A stretch of DNA of 64,000 bases, from the NCBI GenBank assembly GCA_963765575.1, contig CAVXWZ010000011.1, positions 576,001 to 640,000 of the forward strand, given 5' to 3'. Under the pieces are notes generated by a model. The model was not told where the DNA came from. It saw nothing but the letters and a program-made list of their open reading frames with translations, and did no database searches. Within the stretch, counting starts at the first letter, position 1. Each line of letters starts with the position of its first letter. The DNA is from an uncultured cyanobacterium (GTDB lineage Bacteria; Cyanobacteriota; Cyanobacteriia; PCC-6307; Cyanobiaceae). The position numbers and the translations under genes were made by a program. Below, one piece after another: positions 41,028 to 55,624 of the stretch.

Positions 41028-43084
41028 CAGGCGCTGAAGGCCTTGCGGGCCGGGATCGGGTAGGGAATGCGGCGGTGGCGCATGCGTTTCCACACCCGCA
41101 CGAAGGCCCGGATCAGCAGCTCCAGCTCCGCCCGGCTGATGCCGCTGGCCGCCAGCTGGCCATCGCGCTGGCGGGCCTCCAGGATGCGGCGCACCATCTG
41201 GCGGGCCTCGACTTCGGTGGTGGTGGGCGACAGCGAGCGCAGGGCGGCTTCGCAGCCGTCGGCCAGCATCAGGATTCCCGTTTCGCGGCTGCGCGGGGTG
41301 GGTCCGCGGTAGCGGAAGCGCTCCTCGGGCACCTCCGGATTGCGCTCCCTGGCGTGGTGCAGGAAGTAGCCCATCTTGAGGGTGCCCTGGTGTTCGGGGA
41401 TGAAGTCGGCGAGGGGGCGCGGCAGCCGGTAGCGGCGCGCCAGACGCAGGCCCTCATCCACGTGGGCCTGGAGGATGGCGGCGCTGGCGTAGGGATCATC
41501 GAGTTGGTCGTGGGGGTTGTGGCCGCCCTCCTGGTTCTCGATGAACCACTGCGGGCCGTGCAGCTTGCCCACGTCGTGATACAGGGCACCGGTGCGCACC
41601 AGGTCGACGTCGGCACCGATGCTGCGGGCCCCCTCCTCCGCCAGCCCGGCGATCATCAGGGTGTGCTCGAAGGTGCCCGGTGCCTCACAGGAGAGCCGGC
41701 GCAGCAAGGGCCGCTCCAGGTCGGCCAGCTCCAGCAGCCGGGCGCGGGTGAGCAGCCCGAAGGAGGTTTCCACCAGCGGCGCCAGCAGCAGCCCCAGCAT
41801 CAGCAGGCCGGCGAGCATCAGCCCCTCGCCCAGCAGGTCGATCTGTCCCGGCTGGCCGCGGCCCTGCAGCAGCAGCCACTGCAGCAGCACCGCGGCGGCC
41901 GGCAGCAGCACCGCCAGCTGCAGCAGCCCGGCGCGGCTGCGCTGGCGGTCGGCGGCCATCGCCGCGGCGGTGCCGGTGGCCGCCGCCACCAGCAGCCGCA
42001 CCCCCAGCACGCCACTGAGGGGCAGGGGCCAGAGCAGGGTGGCCGCCGCCAGCCAGGCCAGGCCGCAGCCGCTGCCCAGCCCCTGGGCCAGCAGCAGGGT
42101 GGGCGGCACCAGCAGCAGCATCGGACTGGCCAGCGGCCCCAGCCACAGGTTCAGCCCCTGCACCGCCAGCAGGGTGGCCAGGGAGAGCATCGCCTGGCGC
42201 GGCTCCAGGCTCGGCCGCCAGCGCCGCTGCAGCAGCACCAGCAGACCGCAGGCCGCCAGTGCCTCAACGAGGTGACCCAGCCAGGCCAGCGGCCGCGGCC
42301 GCCGGTTCACCAGGCCGAAGTAATCGAGCACGTCGAAGGCCTGGTCGCTGATGCGCTCGCCCTGCCGCACCACCAGATCGCCCGATTGCACCTCGATCGT
42401 GGGGATGCCCTCCTGGTTGATCAAGGCCTCGATGCGCCGCTGGCTCAGGGCGGGATCGCTGCGCAGGTTGGACTGGCCCTGGAGCACCTGCACCAGCAGC
42501 CGGGCCCCCACCTCCCGGGCCGCCTTCGGCAGACCGTCGAGCTGCAGGTTGGCCGCCTGGAGCAGTTGCTCTTCCGCCACGCCGGCCGCCAATCCCTGGC
42601 TGAGCATGCGCAACTGGGCCTGGCGCAGCTGCTGCTCCCAGGCACGGCGTTGCTCGCTGGTCAGCCCCTGCAGCCACTGGCTCTCGGCCTCGGTGAGGGA
42701 CACCGGCTTCACCAGGGTCTGGTCGCTGCCGGCCTGGGCCTCCATGGCCTGCAGGCTCTCGGCGAGCCGTTCCCGCAGCAGGGAACTGGCGGCCTCATCC
42801 ACCACCTGAACCGTGGTGCGGGGCAGCATCTGTTCGCGGCGCTGCTCCAGGGCCACGCTGTCCACCACCCGGGCCGCCTGGGGTGCCCGCACCGTGAACG
42901 GAGCCACCATGCCGGCGCGCAGGTTGGGTTCCACCAGCCACGGCCAGCTGGACACCACAGCCACCAGCAGGCACACCAGCAGCACGGCGGCGGCATCCTG
43001 GCCGCGCCACCAGGCGGGGCTCTGCAGGGGGCGCTCAGCCCGCAACAGGCGCCGCCAGAGGGTTCGCAGCTGCGGCCATCGCAT
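41027..43084 (-). CDS. 7TM-HD (HDIG) metal-dependent phosphohydrolase, PgpH-like
   Basis: Extracellular domain, multiple TMs, EAPGTFEH, YHDVGK, FIENQ, EHQGT, MLADGCEAA. Confidence 0.92.
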   Translation of the reverse strand: MRWPQLRTLWRRLLRAERPLQSPAWWRGQDAAAVLLVCLLVAVVSSWPWLVEPNLRAGMVAPFTVRAPQAARVVDSVALEQRREQMLPRTTVQVVDEAASSLLRERLAESLQAMEAQAGSDQTLVKPVSLTEAESQWLQGLTSEQRRAWEQQLRQAQLRMLSQGLAAGVAEEQLLQAANLQLDGLPKAAREVGARLLVQVLQGQSNLRSDPALSQRRIEALINQEGIPTIEVQSGDLVVRQGERISDQAFDVLDYFGLVNRRPRPLAWLGHLVEALAACGLLVLLQRRWRPSLEPRQAMLSLATLLAVQGLNLWLGPLASPMLLLVPPTLLLAQGLGSGCGLAWLAAATLLWPLPLSGVLGVRLLVAAATGTAAAMAADRQRSRAGLLQLAVLLPAAAVLLQWLLLQGRGQPGQIDLLGEGLMLAGLLMLGLLLAPLVETSFGLLTRARLLELADLERPLLRRLSCEAPGTFEHTLMIAGLAEEGARSIGADVDLVRTGALYHDVGKLHGPQWFIENQEGGHNPHDQLDDPYASAAILQAHVDEGLRLARRYRLPRPLADFIPEHQGTLKMGYFLHHARERNPEVPEERFRYRGPTPRSRETGILMLADGCEAALRSLSPTTTEVEARQMVRRILEARQRDGQLAASGISRAELELLIRAFVRVWKRMRHRRIPYPIPARKAFSA

Positions 43085-43139
43085 CCCTTAAAACTAGCCG
43101 TCGGGGCCGATGCAAGCTGGAGCCAGCACCGATTCCGCC

Positions 43140-44021
43140 ATGGCCCTCCGACTCGACGGTCGCCAGCTCGCCGCTGAAATCGAGGCGCGGCTGCGCGCCA
43201 CCATCGACGCGGGCCGGGCCACCGCTGGTCGGCCGCCCGGGTTGGCCGTGCTGCGGGTGGGCGACGATCCGGCGAGTGGCGTCTACGTAGCCAACAAGGA
43301 GAAGGCCTGCGCCCGGGTGGGCATCGCCAGCCTTGGGGAGCACCTCAGCGCCACGGCCCCAGCCGAGGTGGTGCTGGCGGCCGTGCAGCGCCTCAATGGC
43401 GATCCCGCCTGCGACGGCATCCTGCTGCAGCTGCCCCTGCCCGCTGGCCTGGAGGAGGGGCCGCTGCTGGCGGCGATGGATCCGGACAAGGACGCCGATG
43501 GCCTGCACACCCTCAACCTGGGTCGCTTGCTGAAGGGCGAACCGGGGCCGCGCAGCTGCACCCCGGCGGGGGTGATGGCGCTGCTGGCCCGCCACCGGCT
43601 GCCGCTGGCGGGCCGCCGCGCCGTGGTGGTGGGCCGCAGCCTGCTGGTGGGCAAGCCGATGGCCCTGATGCTGCAGGCGGCCGACGCCACCGTCAGCGTG
43701 GCCCACTCCCGCACGGCCGACCTGGTCGGGCTCTGCCAGCAGGCCGAGGTGCTGGTGGTGGCCGCGGGCCGCCCCGGGATCGTCGGCGCCGCCCACGTGC
43801 GGCCGGGGGCCGTGGTGGTGGATGTGGGCATCCACCGGCGCCCGCAGGGCGGGCTGTGCGGGGATGTGCGTGCCGCCGAGGTGGAGCCGATTGCCGCGGC
43901 GCTGACGCCGGTGCCGGGGGGCGTGGGGCCGATGACCGTGACGATGCTGCTGGTGAACACCGTGCTGGCCTGGTGCCGGCGCCATGGCCTCGATCACGGA
44001 CTCGAGGATCTGGTGGCCTGA
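43140..44021 (+). CDS. folD: bifunctional methylene-THF dehydrogenase/cyclohydrolase
   Basis: [43 protein letters not shown]. Confidence 0.97.
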   Translation: MALRLDGRQLAAEIEARLRATIDAGRATAGRPPGLAVLRVGDDPASGVYVANKEKACARVGIASLGEHLSATAPAEVVLAAVQRLNGDPACDGILLQLPLPAGLEEGPLLAAMDPDKDADGLHTLNLGRLLKGEPGPRSCTPAGVMALLARHRLPLAGRRAVVVGRSLLVGKPMALMLQAADATVSVAHSRTADLVGLCQQAEVLVVAAGRPGIVGAAHVRPGAVVVDVGIHRRPQGGLCGDVRAAEVEPIAAALTPVPGGVGPMTVTMLLVNTVLAWCRRHGLDHGLEDLVA

Positions 44022-44032
44022 GTGCCCGGCGC

Positions 44033-46934
<2,902 letters not shown>

Positions 46935-46967
46935 ACCCCGCCCGGCCGCCGCGGCTCAGGAGCGCCA

Positions 46968-48407
46968 TTGGCTGACGTCCTCACCTGCGATCAGCAAGCC
47001 GCCTGCACGGCCTTCGCCACCTGGCTGGCCGAGCCGGAGGCCGGTTTGCCCTTTGTGCTCAGCGGCTACGCCGGCACCGGCAAGACCTTCCTGTCGATGC
47101 GCTTCCTCGCCTTGGCCGAGGCTGCCGGCCTCTGCTGGACCGTGGTCGCCCCCACCCACAAGGCGGTGGGCGTGTTGCGCAGCCATCTGCTGGCGGCAGG
47201 TCTGAGCCCCACCTGGTATCCCTCCACCATCCACCGGCTGCTGCGGCTGCGGCTGCGGCGGCAGGGCGATCTGGAGCGCTGCGAGGAGGGCGAGCAGACG
47301 GCAGGAGCGCTGGAGCATCTGGGGCTGGTGCTGATCGATGAGGCCTCGATGGTGGACAGCCAGCTGCTGGAGATCACCCTGCGCTGTGCCCATCCCTTCC
47401 GCACCCGGTTGGTGTTCGTGGGTGACCCGGCCCAGTTGCCGCCGGTGGGGGAACCGCAGAGTCCGGTGTTTGCCCTGGGCCGCGCCCGCGCCATGGCCCT
47501 GACTCAGGTGGTGCGTCACCGGGGACCGGTGCTGCGTCTGGCCCAGGGGATTCGCGAGCAGTCCCTGCCCTGCCACCGGCCGCCAGCGTTGCCGCCGGTG
47601 CTCAGCGCCGGCGGCCGTGTGGCCGTGCTGGATCGCCAGGAATGGCTGCTGGAGGCCCAGGCCGCCCTGCGCCGCAGTGCCGAAACCGACAACCCCGACC
47701 TGGCGCGGATCCTCTGCTACACCAACCGCTCCCTGGAGCAGCTGGTGCCGATCGCCCGCCGCGCCCTGCACGGGGCGATGGCCGACCAGTTGCCGGTGCT
47801 GCCGGGGGAGGTGCTGATCAGCCGCAGCGCCGTGATGGCTCCAGCCTGCCGGGAGGGGGAGGAGGCCGCGGCCGAGGAACCGGACATGGTGCTGGGCTCC
47901 AACCGGGAGCTGGTGGTGCGGGACGTGATCCCCGAACGCTGTGACCTGCGCGATCTGGGGGTGGCCGATGCCCCCCTGATCGACACCCTCAGCGCCAGGG
48001 TGGAGGCCGGCGACGCCTCCCTCAGCCTGCGCCTGCTGCCGCCAGCGGGCAGCGTCGCCCGCCAGAGCCTCGATGCGCTGCTGGAGCGGCTGCGTGCCAG
48101 GGCCCGCGACGCGGCCCGGGATGGGGGCAAGGCCGCGGCCCGGGGGCTGTGGCGGCAGTTCTTCCTGGTGCGCGACGCCTTCGCGGCCCTGGGGCCAGCC
48201 GCCGTGCTCACGGTGCACCGCAGCCAGGGAAGCACCTTCGGCCAGGTGTTCGTGGATGGCGATGTGTTCTGGCCTCGCGATCCCCTGTTGCGTCGCCAGC
48301 TGGTGTATGTGGCGGTGAGCCGGGCCAGCCAGGCGGTGGCGCTGGTGGCTGGTCCGGCCAGCCCCACGGAGCAGCGGCGTTGGCGTGACTGGCTCGCCAA
48401 CGACTGA
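46968..48407 (+). CDS. RecD/Dda-like SF1B DNA helicase
   Basis: GYAGTGKT, APTHKA, IDEASMV, VGDPAQLPPV, TVHRSQGSTF, YVAVSRA. Confidence 0.92.
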   Translation: MADVLTCDQQAACTAFATWLAEPEAGLPFVLSGYAGTGKTFLSMRFLALAEAAGLCWTVVAPTHKAVGVLRSHLLAAGLSPTWYPSTIHRLLRLRLRRQGDLERCEEGEQTAGALEHLGLVLIDEASMVDSQLLEITLRCAHPFRTRLVFVGDPAQLPPVGEPQSPVFALGRARAMALTQVVRHRGPVLRLAQGIREQSLPCHRPPALPPVLSAGGRVAVLDRQEWLLEAQAALRRSAETDNPDLARILCYTNRSLEQLVPIARRALHGAMADQLPVLPGEVLISRSAVMAPACREGEEAAAEEPDMVLGSNRELVVRDVIPERCDLRDLGVADAPLIDTLSARVEAGDASLSLRLLPPAGSVARQSLDALLERLRARARDAARDGGKAAARGLWRQFFLVRDAFAALGPAAVLTVHRSQGSTFGQVFVDGDVFWPRDPLLRRQLVYVAVSRASQAVALVAGPASPTEQRRWRDWLAND

Positions 48408-48410
48408 ATT

Positions 48411-48437
48411 CGAACCGCCCGAACCGCCCGAACCGCC
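48411..48437. repeat. 9-bp perfect tandem repeat x3 between convergent stop codons
   Basis: CGAACCGCC three times. Confidence 0.95.
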
Positions 48438-49127
48438 TCAGCCGGCCAGCCCCAGTCGCAGGCCCTCGATCCCCTGCCAGCCCAGGTAGCCGGCCAGGGC
48501 CACGCTCACCAGGCCCACCACCAGATCCCCGCGGCTGAACAGCCAGCGCTTGCCCCCCTCCAGCAGGGGCAGCACCGCCTGGGGGCCCCAAAGTCCCAGG
48601 GTGATCAGAGGCAGCAGCAGCAGCAGGCCGCTCACCAGGCAGAAGAGCCCCGCCCCCAGCGCTTCCTGCGGGGTGGTGAGCCCTGCCTCCAGCAGGCTGC
48701 CGGCGGCCTTGGCAAACAGAAACAGATCGTCGGGACTGGCCAGTTCCAGCGCCGCGCTCAACCCCAGCAGCAGGGGCAGTGGCAGGGTGCAGAACCGCTC
48801 CAGCCGTTGGGTCCAGCCGGGGGCAACGCCGTCCGGCTGGACCTCCAGCAGCTCCCGCACGCCCAGGGCCAGCAGGGCGCCGGCGGCCAGCAGGTCCAGC
48901 CCGGTGCGGTGGCCGCTGCCCTTCTCCATCGTGAGCAGCAGGCCATGGCCCACGCTCAGCAGCAGCAGCAGCGCCAGGGCCGTGGTCAGCAGCCAGCCGG
49001 CCACGAACCAGCTGCCGCGACGCAGGGGCTGGGGGCCGAGCAGGAGCAGCAGCACAAGGGCGATGTGCAGCGGTGAGAACCCCACCGCCAGGCCGAAGGC
49101 GGCCAGTTCTGCCAGCAGGTGGGCCAT
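48438..49127 (-). CDS. GAP/Sap family membrane protein
   Basis: GLAVGFSPLHIAL..LLL..PLRRGSWFVAGW, about 6 TMs, SPDDLFLFAKA. Confidence 0.8.
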   Translation of the reverse strand: MAHLLAELAAFGLAVGFSPLHIALVLLLLLGPQPLRRGSWFVAGWLLTTALALLLLLSVGHGLLLTMEKGSGHRTGLDLLAAGALLALGVRELLEVQPDGVAPGWTQRLERFCTLPLPLLLGLSAALELASPDDLFLFAKAAGSLLEAGLTTPQEALGAGLFCLVSGLLLLLPLITLGLWGPQAVLPLLEGGKRWLFSRGDLVVGLVSVALAGYLGWQGIEGLRLGLAG

Positions 49128-49143
49128 CAGCGCTGTGCTCCCC

Positions 49144-50586
49144 TCAACGGCCGCAGCCTTGGCGCACGGCCAGGCTGGAGTGCCGGGCCGCCGCTGCGAG
49201 CCGGCGGGGGATCTGCGGGCAGCCCGCCCAGTGCAGGTGCAGCCAGCTGGCGTGCAGCTGCCCTGTGCCCCAGCCCTCCGGCCGCGAGGGACAGCCCCAG
49301 CCCTCCAGTTGCCACAGCTCCTGGCCTGCGTTGCCCTGCTGCCCATGGTCTTGGGTCTGCAGCTGCCAGCGGTGGAATTCATGGCCCTGGAGCTGCTCGC
49401 CGCGGCGCACCAACAGCCCGTCACCGCTGACGCTTGCCTGGCGGTAGCCCAGGCTGAGGGCACCGCGCCGGGCCTGGAACGGCAGCAGGCCGGCCATGGC
49501 ATGGGTCTGGCCGAAGGGGTCGCAGAGCTCACGGCCCAGCAGCAGCAGCCCCCCGCATTCGGCCACGATCGGCACCCCGCTGGCGGCGGCCCGGCGCAGG
49601 TCGCCGAGGCTGCGCCGGGCCGCCGCCAGTTGGGCGGCATGCAGTTCGGGATAGCCGCCCGGGAGCAGCACCCCCGCGCAGCCGGCCGGCAGGGGCTCAT
49701 CGGCGAGGGGGCTCCAGGGGTGGAGCTCCACACCCAGGGCCGCCAGCAGCTCGCTGGCCTCGGGGTAGCGGAAGTGGAAGGCGCGATCGCTGGCCACCGC
49801 GACGCTGGGCCTGCGCTCGCCCGCCGCGGCCGGGGGGGGGGCCATGGGCTTGGGGCGGGTAAGCAGGGTCTGGATCGGTTCGCCCGCCGCGGCGCCGCTG
49901 CCGGCCGCTGCTGGCGCCAGCAGCGGCCACAGCCGCTCCAGGTCGAGGTGCCGTTCGGCCAGCTCTGCCCAGGTGTCGATGCGGGCATCCAGGTCGGCCA
50001 CCTCAGCGGGGGGCAGCAGGCCCAGGTGACGGCTGGGCAGCTCCAGGGCAGGGTTCTGGGGCAGCACCCCCAGCAGCGGCACGGCAATGGCCGCGAGGGC
50101 TTCAGCGAGCAGGGTGCGGTGGCGCTCGGAGCCCACCCGATTGAGCACCACCCCGGCCAGTTGCACCCGCGGCGGGCCGTGGTCGCGGAAGCCGCGCACC
50201 AGGGCGGCGATCGATCCGGCCTGGCGGGAGGCCTCCACCACCAGCACCACCGGCAGCTCCAGCAGTGCCGCCAGCGCCGCTGAGCTGCCCTCGCTGCCGG
50301 CCCCACGGCCGTCGAACAGGCCCATCACCCCCTCCACCAGGGCCAGATCGGCGCGGCTGCCGTGCCAGTGGAAGCTGCGCCGCACCCAGTCCTCGCCGCA
50401 GAGCAGGGGGTCGAGGTTGCGGCAGGTCTGTCCGCTCACCCGGCTGAGCAGCTGGGGATCGAGGTAGTCGGGCCCCACCTTGAAGGGCTGCAGCGTCAGG
50501 CCCCGGCGGCGGGCCAGGGCACTCAGGCTGAGGCTGAGCAGGGTTTTGCCGCTGCCGCTGGCGGGAGCGGCGATCAGGCAGGCCAT
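49144..50586 (-). CDS. cobB: cobyrinate a,c-diamide synthase
   Basis: SGSGKT, FKVGPDYLDP, EGVMGLFDG, PSRHLGL, GGYPE, AECGG, HEFH. Confidence 0.95.
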   Translation of the reverse strand: MACLIAAPASGSGKTLLSLSLSALARRRGLTLQPFKVGPDYLDPQLLSRVSGQTCRNLDPLLCGEDWVRRSFHWHGSRADLALVEGVMGLFDGRGAGSEGSSAALAALLELPVVLVVEASRQAGSIAALVRGFRDHGPPRVQLAGVVLNRVGSERHRTLLAEALAAIAVPLLGVLPQNPALELPSRHLGLLPPAEVADLDARIDTWAELAERHLDLERLWPLLAPAAAGSGAAAGEPIQTLLTRPKPMAPPPAAAGERRPSVAVASDRAFHFRYPEASELLAALGVELHPWSPLADEPLPAGCAGVLLPGGYPELHAAQLAAARRSLGDLRRAAASGVPIVAECGGLLLLGRELCDPFGQTHAMAGLLPFQARRGALSLGYRQASVSGDGLLVRRGEQLQGHEFHRWQLQTQDHGQQGNAGQELWQLEGWGCPSRPEGWGTGQLHASWLHLHWAGCPQIPRRLAAAARHSSLAVRQGCGR

Positions 50587-50605
50587 GGCCGCAGCCCCCC
50601 GGCGG

Positions 50606-51904
50606 TCATGCCGGCAGCAGCCGGCCGGCGATCAGGGCGGCGGAGGCCAGTAGCGGGTTGGTGGTGTCGTGGCCGCCGGCCAGCAACCGTGCCAATTCCA
50701 TCTCCTCGCTCTCGTTGGGCAGGGGCACCACGTCCTCCGCCAGTTCCATCGAGGCCATGCCACCGGCCTCCAGGCGCATGCAGCCGCCCGATTCGGAGCA
50801 GAGAATCACGCACAGGGGCGGATGGCTCTGGGGCGCGCAGATCAGCCGCAGCCCCACCAGGGCGCCGGGGTGGATCTTGGGGCTGCCCACCGGCACCGGC
50901 ATCAGACGAAACTGCACAGCAACGCCGTCCGTGCGCTCAAAGGCGGCGCCGATGCCGTCGCCGAGGTCATCCCCATCGATGGCGTAGGACTCCAGCAGGT
51001 GCCAGCCCAGCCGGTCGGCGAGCCAGGCCGCCAACAGCAGCCCCTTGATCGGGTGGTCGCCCTCCACGTCGATGTCCAGCTGCACCACGTGATCCAGGGC
51101 GTTGCGGCGGGAGGGGGGATCGAAGACCATCGCCAGCGACTCCCGCCAGGTGCGCAGCCGCAACCAGTTGAGGTCGTTCACGGCCTGCCCCGCCGCGATG
51201 CGCCCCACCAGCAGGTCGATGCAGCGGCGGGGATGGCCCAGGGAGCTGTCCACCACCAGCCGGCGGGTCGGCGGGGCCAGGTCGTCGAGCAGCTGGGGAG
51301 CTTCGTCAAGGCTGCTGTTCCACCACACCCAGCAGGGCAGGTCGGTGGTGATCAGGGGCTGGATCAGATCCATGGATTGCTGCAGCGCACCGCGCCCGCC
51401 GCGCAGCACCACCACATCGCCGCAGGCGGTGCCGCTGGCACCCTCATCGGCCAGGGGGCAATAGGCGGCCACCAGGGTTTCCAGGGCCTGGCCCTCATCG
51501 AGGGTGGGGGCCAGGGTGATCAGCCGCCGGGGTTTGTGGGCGCTGATGCTGGACTCCACGAACTGGCCGCGCAGGTCCTGGGCCTGGTGGTCTCCCGGCT
51601 GCCGGCCCAGTTCCCAGGCCAGGCGCTGATCCATCACGGCCGTGCTGAGGGGCAGGTCGAGGGTGGGCACGGCCTGTTTGGCCGCCTCGATCAGGTGGGG
51701 CTCCAGCAGGCCGGTGAGGGGACCGTCGGACCGGCCGGTGCGGATCAGCTGCTGCTGCAGCCAGGAGGCCTCGTACACCACCAGGGTGAAGGTGGTGGCA
51801 CCGTCGGAATCCTGCAGACCTTCCCCCCAGAGGGTCTGGAGATAGTTGGGAACGTCCTGGGGCGGCAGGGCCGTGGGGGCCTGGAGCGTGAGTTGGGGCG
51901 ACAT
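50606..51904 (-). CDS. opcA: glucose-6-phosphate dehydrogenase assembly protein OpcA
   Basis: Downstream of zwf; DLRG, AYCP, CWVWW, DLNWLRLRTWRE, SESGGCM. Confidence 0.95.
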   Translation of the reverse strand: MSPQLTLQAPTALPPQDVPNYLQTLWGEGLQDSDGATTFTLVVYEASWLQQQLIRTGRSDGPLTGLLEPHLIEAAKQAVPTLDLPLSTAVMDQRLAWELGRQPGDHQAQDLRGQFVESSISAHKPRRLITLAPTLDEGQALETLVAAYCPLADEGASGTACGDVVVLRGGRGALQQSMDLIQPLITTDLPCWVWWNSSLDEAPQLLDDLAPPTRRLVVDSSLGHPRRCIDLLVGRIAAGQAVNDLNWLRLRTWRESLAMVFDPPSRRNALDHVVQLDIDVEGDHPIKGLLLAAWLADRLGWHLLESYAIDGDDLGDGIGAAFERTDGVAVQFRLMPVPVGSPKIHPGALVGLRLICAPQSHPPLCVILCSESGGCMRLEAGGMASMELAEDVVPLPNESEEMELARLLAGGHDTTNPLLASAALIAGRLLPA

Positions 51905-51926
51905 GGCGGGATGCGGTGGGCTGGGC

Positions 51927-53450
51927 TCAGGGACGACGCCAGGCCAGCCCGTTCTCGGCCAGCAGGTTGTCGGCGGCAGCGGGCCCCCAGGTGCGGGCTT
52001 CGTAGGGGTGCACCGGCAACTGCCAGGGCGCGTCCTCGATCAACTCCAGCAGGGGCGTGTAGAGGCGCCAGGCGGCCTCCACTTCGTCGCTGCGGGTGAA
52101 CAGGGTGGGATCGCCGAGCATGGCGTCGGCCAGCAGGCGCACATAGCCCTCGTCACTGGGCTCGCCGAAGCTGTCGTCGTAGCTGAAGGCCATGTCCACC
52201 GGGCGGCTGCGCATGCCCGAACCGGGAGCTTTGACCTCAAAGCGGATGTTCGCCCCCTCATCGGGCTGAATTCGGAGGATCAGCTGGTTGGGGGTGGGGG
52301 CGCCGCCAGCGGCATCGAAGAGGTGCACCGGTGCCTTCCTGAAGGTGAGCACCACCTCGCTGAGCCGCTTGGGCAGACGCTTGCCGGTGCGCACATAAAA
52401 GGGCACCCCCTGCCAGCGCCAGTTGTCGATGAACAGCTTCATCGCCACATAGGTTTCGGTGGTGCTGTTGGGGTTCACCCCATGCTCCTGGCGGTAGCCG
52501 GGAATCGGGTTGCGGGCGTTGCCGCCGGGGCCGTACTGGCCGCGGGCGCAGCACTTCCAGGGCTCGCTCGGATGGGCCAGCCGGGCCGCCTGCAGCACCT
52601 TGGCCTTCTCGTTGCGGATGGCTTCAGCGTCAAAGCGACCGGGGGGTTCCATGGCCGTGAGGGCCAGGATCTGGGTGAGGTGGTTCTGCACCATGTCCCG
52701 CAGGGCACCGCTGCTTTCGTAGTAGCCGGCCCGTTCCTCCACCCCCACCGTTTCGGCTGCAGTGATCTGCACGTTGGAAATGAAATTGCGGTTCCAGATC
52801 GGCTCGAAGATGGTGTTGGCAAAGCGCAGCACCAGGATGTTCTGGACGGTCTCCTTGCCGAGGTAGTGGTCGATCCGGAAGATCTGCTTTTCCTTGGCGC
52901 TGGCTTGCACCACCTTGTTGAGGGCCTGGGCACTGGGGTAGTCGGTGCCGAAGGGCTTCTCGATCACCACCCGGCTGCGCTCCGGGTCGGCCAGCAGGCC
53001 AGCGGCGGCGAGGGCCCGGGTGCCGCTGCCGTAGAAGGCCGGGGAGACCGACAGGTAGAAGGTGTGATTGCCGCGGGTGGCACGCTGACGGTCGATCTGC
53101 TCCAGGCGCTGGCCGAGGGCCTCGATCGAAGCCGGGTTGGAGAGGTCGGCGGGTTCGTAGAAGAGACCGGCGGCGAATGACTGCCAGATGTGGCCGTGCT
53201 GTTCGATCTCCTCGCCCAGGGCCACCTGCATGCGCGAGCGGAACTCCTCATCGCTCCAGGGACGGCGGGCGCAGCCCAGCACCGCGAACTCCGAGGGCAG
53301 GCGGCGCTGCCGGTAGAGCTCGAACAGCGCCGGGATCAACTTGCGCTGGGTGAGGTCACCGCTGGCGCCGAAGATGACGATGCACTGGGAGGGAATGATC
53401 CGCTCCTGCCGCAGGCCGACCCGCAGGGGGTTGGTGAGCACGGCGCTCAT
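51927..53450 (-). CDS. zwf: glucose-6-phosphate 1-dehydrogenase
   Basis: FGASGDL, EKPFG, RIDHYLGKE, NWRWQGVPFYVRTGK. Confidence 0.98.
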   Translation of the reverse strand: MSAVLTNPLRVGLRQERIIPSQCIVIFGASGDLTQRKLIPALFELYRQRRLPSEFAVLGCARRPWSDEEFRSRMQVALGEEIEQHGHIWQSFAAGLFYEPADLSNPASIEALGQRLEQIDRQRATRGNHTFYLSVSPAFYGSGTRALAAAGLLADPERSRVVIEKPFGTDYPSAQALNKVVQASAKEKQIFRIDHYLGKETVQNILVLRFANTIFEPIWNRNFISNVQITAAETVGVEERAGYYESSGALRDMVQNHLTQILALTAMEPPGRFDAEAIRNEKAKVLQAARLAHPSEPWKCCARGQYGPGGNARNPIPGYRQEHGVNPNSTTETYVAMKLFIDNWRWQGVPFYVRTGKRLPKRLSEVVLTFRKAPVHLFDAAGGAPTPNQLILRIQPDEGANIRFEVKAPGSGMRSRPVDMAFSYDDSFGEPSDEGYVRLLADAMLGDPTLFTRSDEVEAAWRLYTPLLELIEDAPWQLPVHPYEARTWGPAAADNLLAENGLAWRRP

Positions 53451-53577
53451 GAACGGATCTCCAGTGGGCGGTTGGATTCAGGCCAAGGCTGGCTGGCCGG
53501 TGGCCCGGAGAGGGCCCCGGTCCCGGGGCTGTGAGCAAACGGGCACCGAAAGGGCTGCCCTGAGAACAGTGCCGGCC

Positions 53578-54921
<1,344 letters not shown>

Positions 54922-54928
54922 TTAGGTT

Positions 54929-55537
54929 GTGCCCCAGCACACACGGCTCGACCCGTTGGCGCCGCTCACCCTTTTGCAGCTCAGCACCCAGACCGCCACG
55001 ACTGCGGGCTCGGCCGCCAGCCAGTTCGGCGAGCAGAGCTGCAGCCTCGACACGATTCAGCAGGAGATGGAGCGCCTGGCGCAGGGCACCCGTCGGCTGG
55101 CGGTGCTGCTCCGTCTCTCCCTCGATCCCGAGCAGATCTGGTCGGTGCTCACCGATTACGGCAACCTCGATCGCTTCATCCCCAACCTGCTCAGCTCCCG
55201 CCAGCTGTGGCGGCGGGGCAACCGGGTGGCCCTGGAGCAGGTGGGCAGTCAGCAGTTCTGCGGCCTGCGCTTCAGCGCCCGGGTGGAGCTGGAGCTGGAA
55301 GAGGATGCCGCCGCCGGTGAGCTGCGCTTCCAGATGCTGCGGGGAGACTTCCGGCGTTTCGAGGGCACCTGGCGCGTCGATCGTGATGCCATCAGCACCC
55401 GACTGCTCTATGACCTCACGGTGCAGGGCAAACCGGGGATGCCGATCGGCCTGATCGAGCAGCGGCTGCAACAGGATCTGGCCTGCAATCTCCGCGGTGT
55501 GCAGCAGGAAGCCGAGCGGCGCGCCACAGACGAGTGA
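54929..55537 (+). CDS. SRPBCC (polyketide cyclase/START-like) family protein
   Basis: IWSVLTDYGNLDRFIPNLLSS, LEQVG, GDFRRFEGTW; start uncertain. Confidence 0.88.
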   Translation: MPQHTRLDPLAPLTLLQLSTQTATTAGSAASQFGEQSCSLDTIQQEMERLAQGTRRLAVLLRLSLDPEQIWSVLTDYGNLDRFIPNLLSSRQLWRRGNRVALEQVGSQQFCGLRFSARVELELEEDAAAGELRFQMLRGDFRRFEGTWRVDRDAISTRLLYDLTVQGKPGMPIGLIEQRLQQDLACNLRGVQQEAERRATDE

Positions 55538-55624
55538 CCTGGGCACTCTGAAGACGGATATCCTGCGACCCGGGGACAGGGGAGCCGGAAGCCGGGATCC
55601 GGAAGCGGCCCGAACCTGATGCAA

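Noticed and set aside
33521..43177. Long antisense ORFs (for example 33521-35302, 35899-37503, 39480-41063, 41075-43177; others elsewhere)
   Set aside because: Shadow frames of GC3-rich real genes with no motifs; only the first residues of 39480+ belong to the galE fragment
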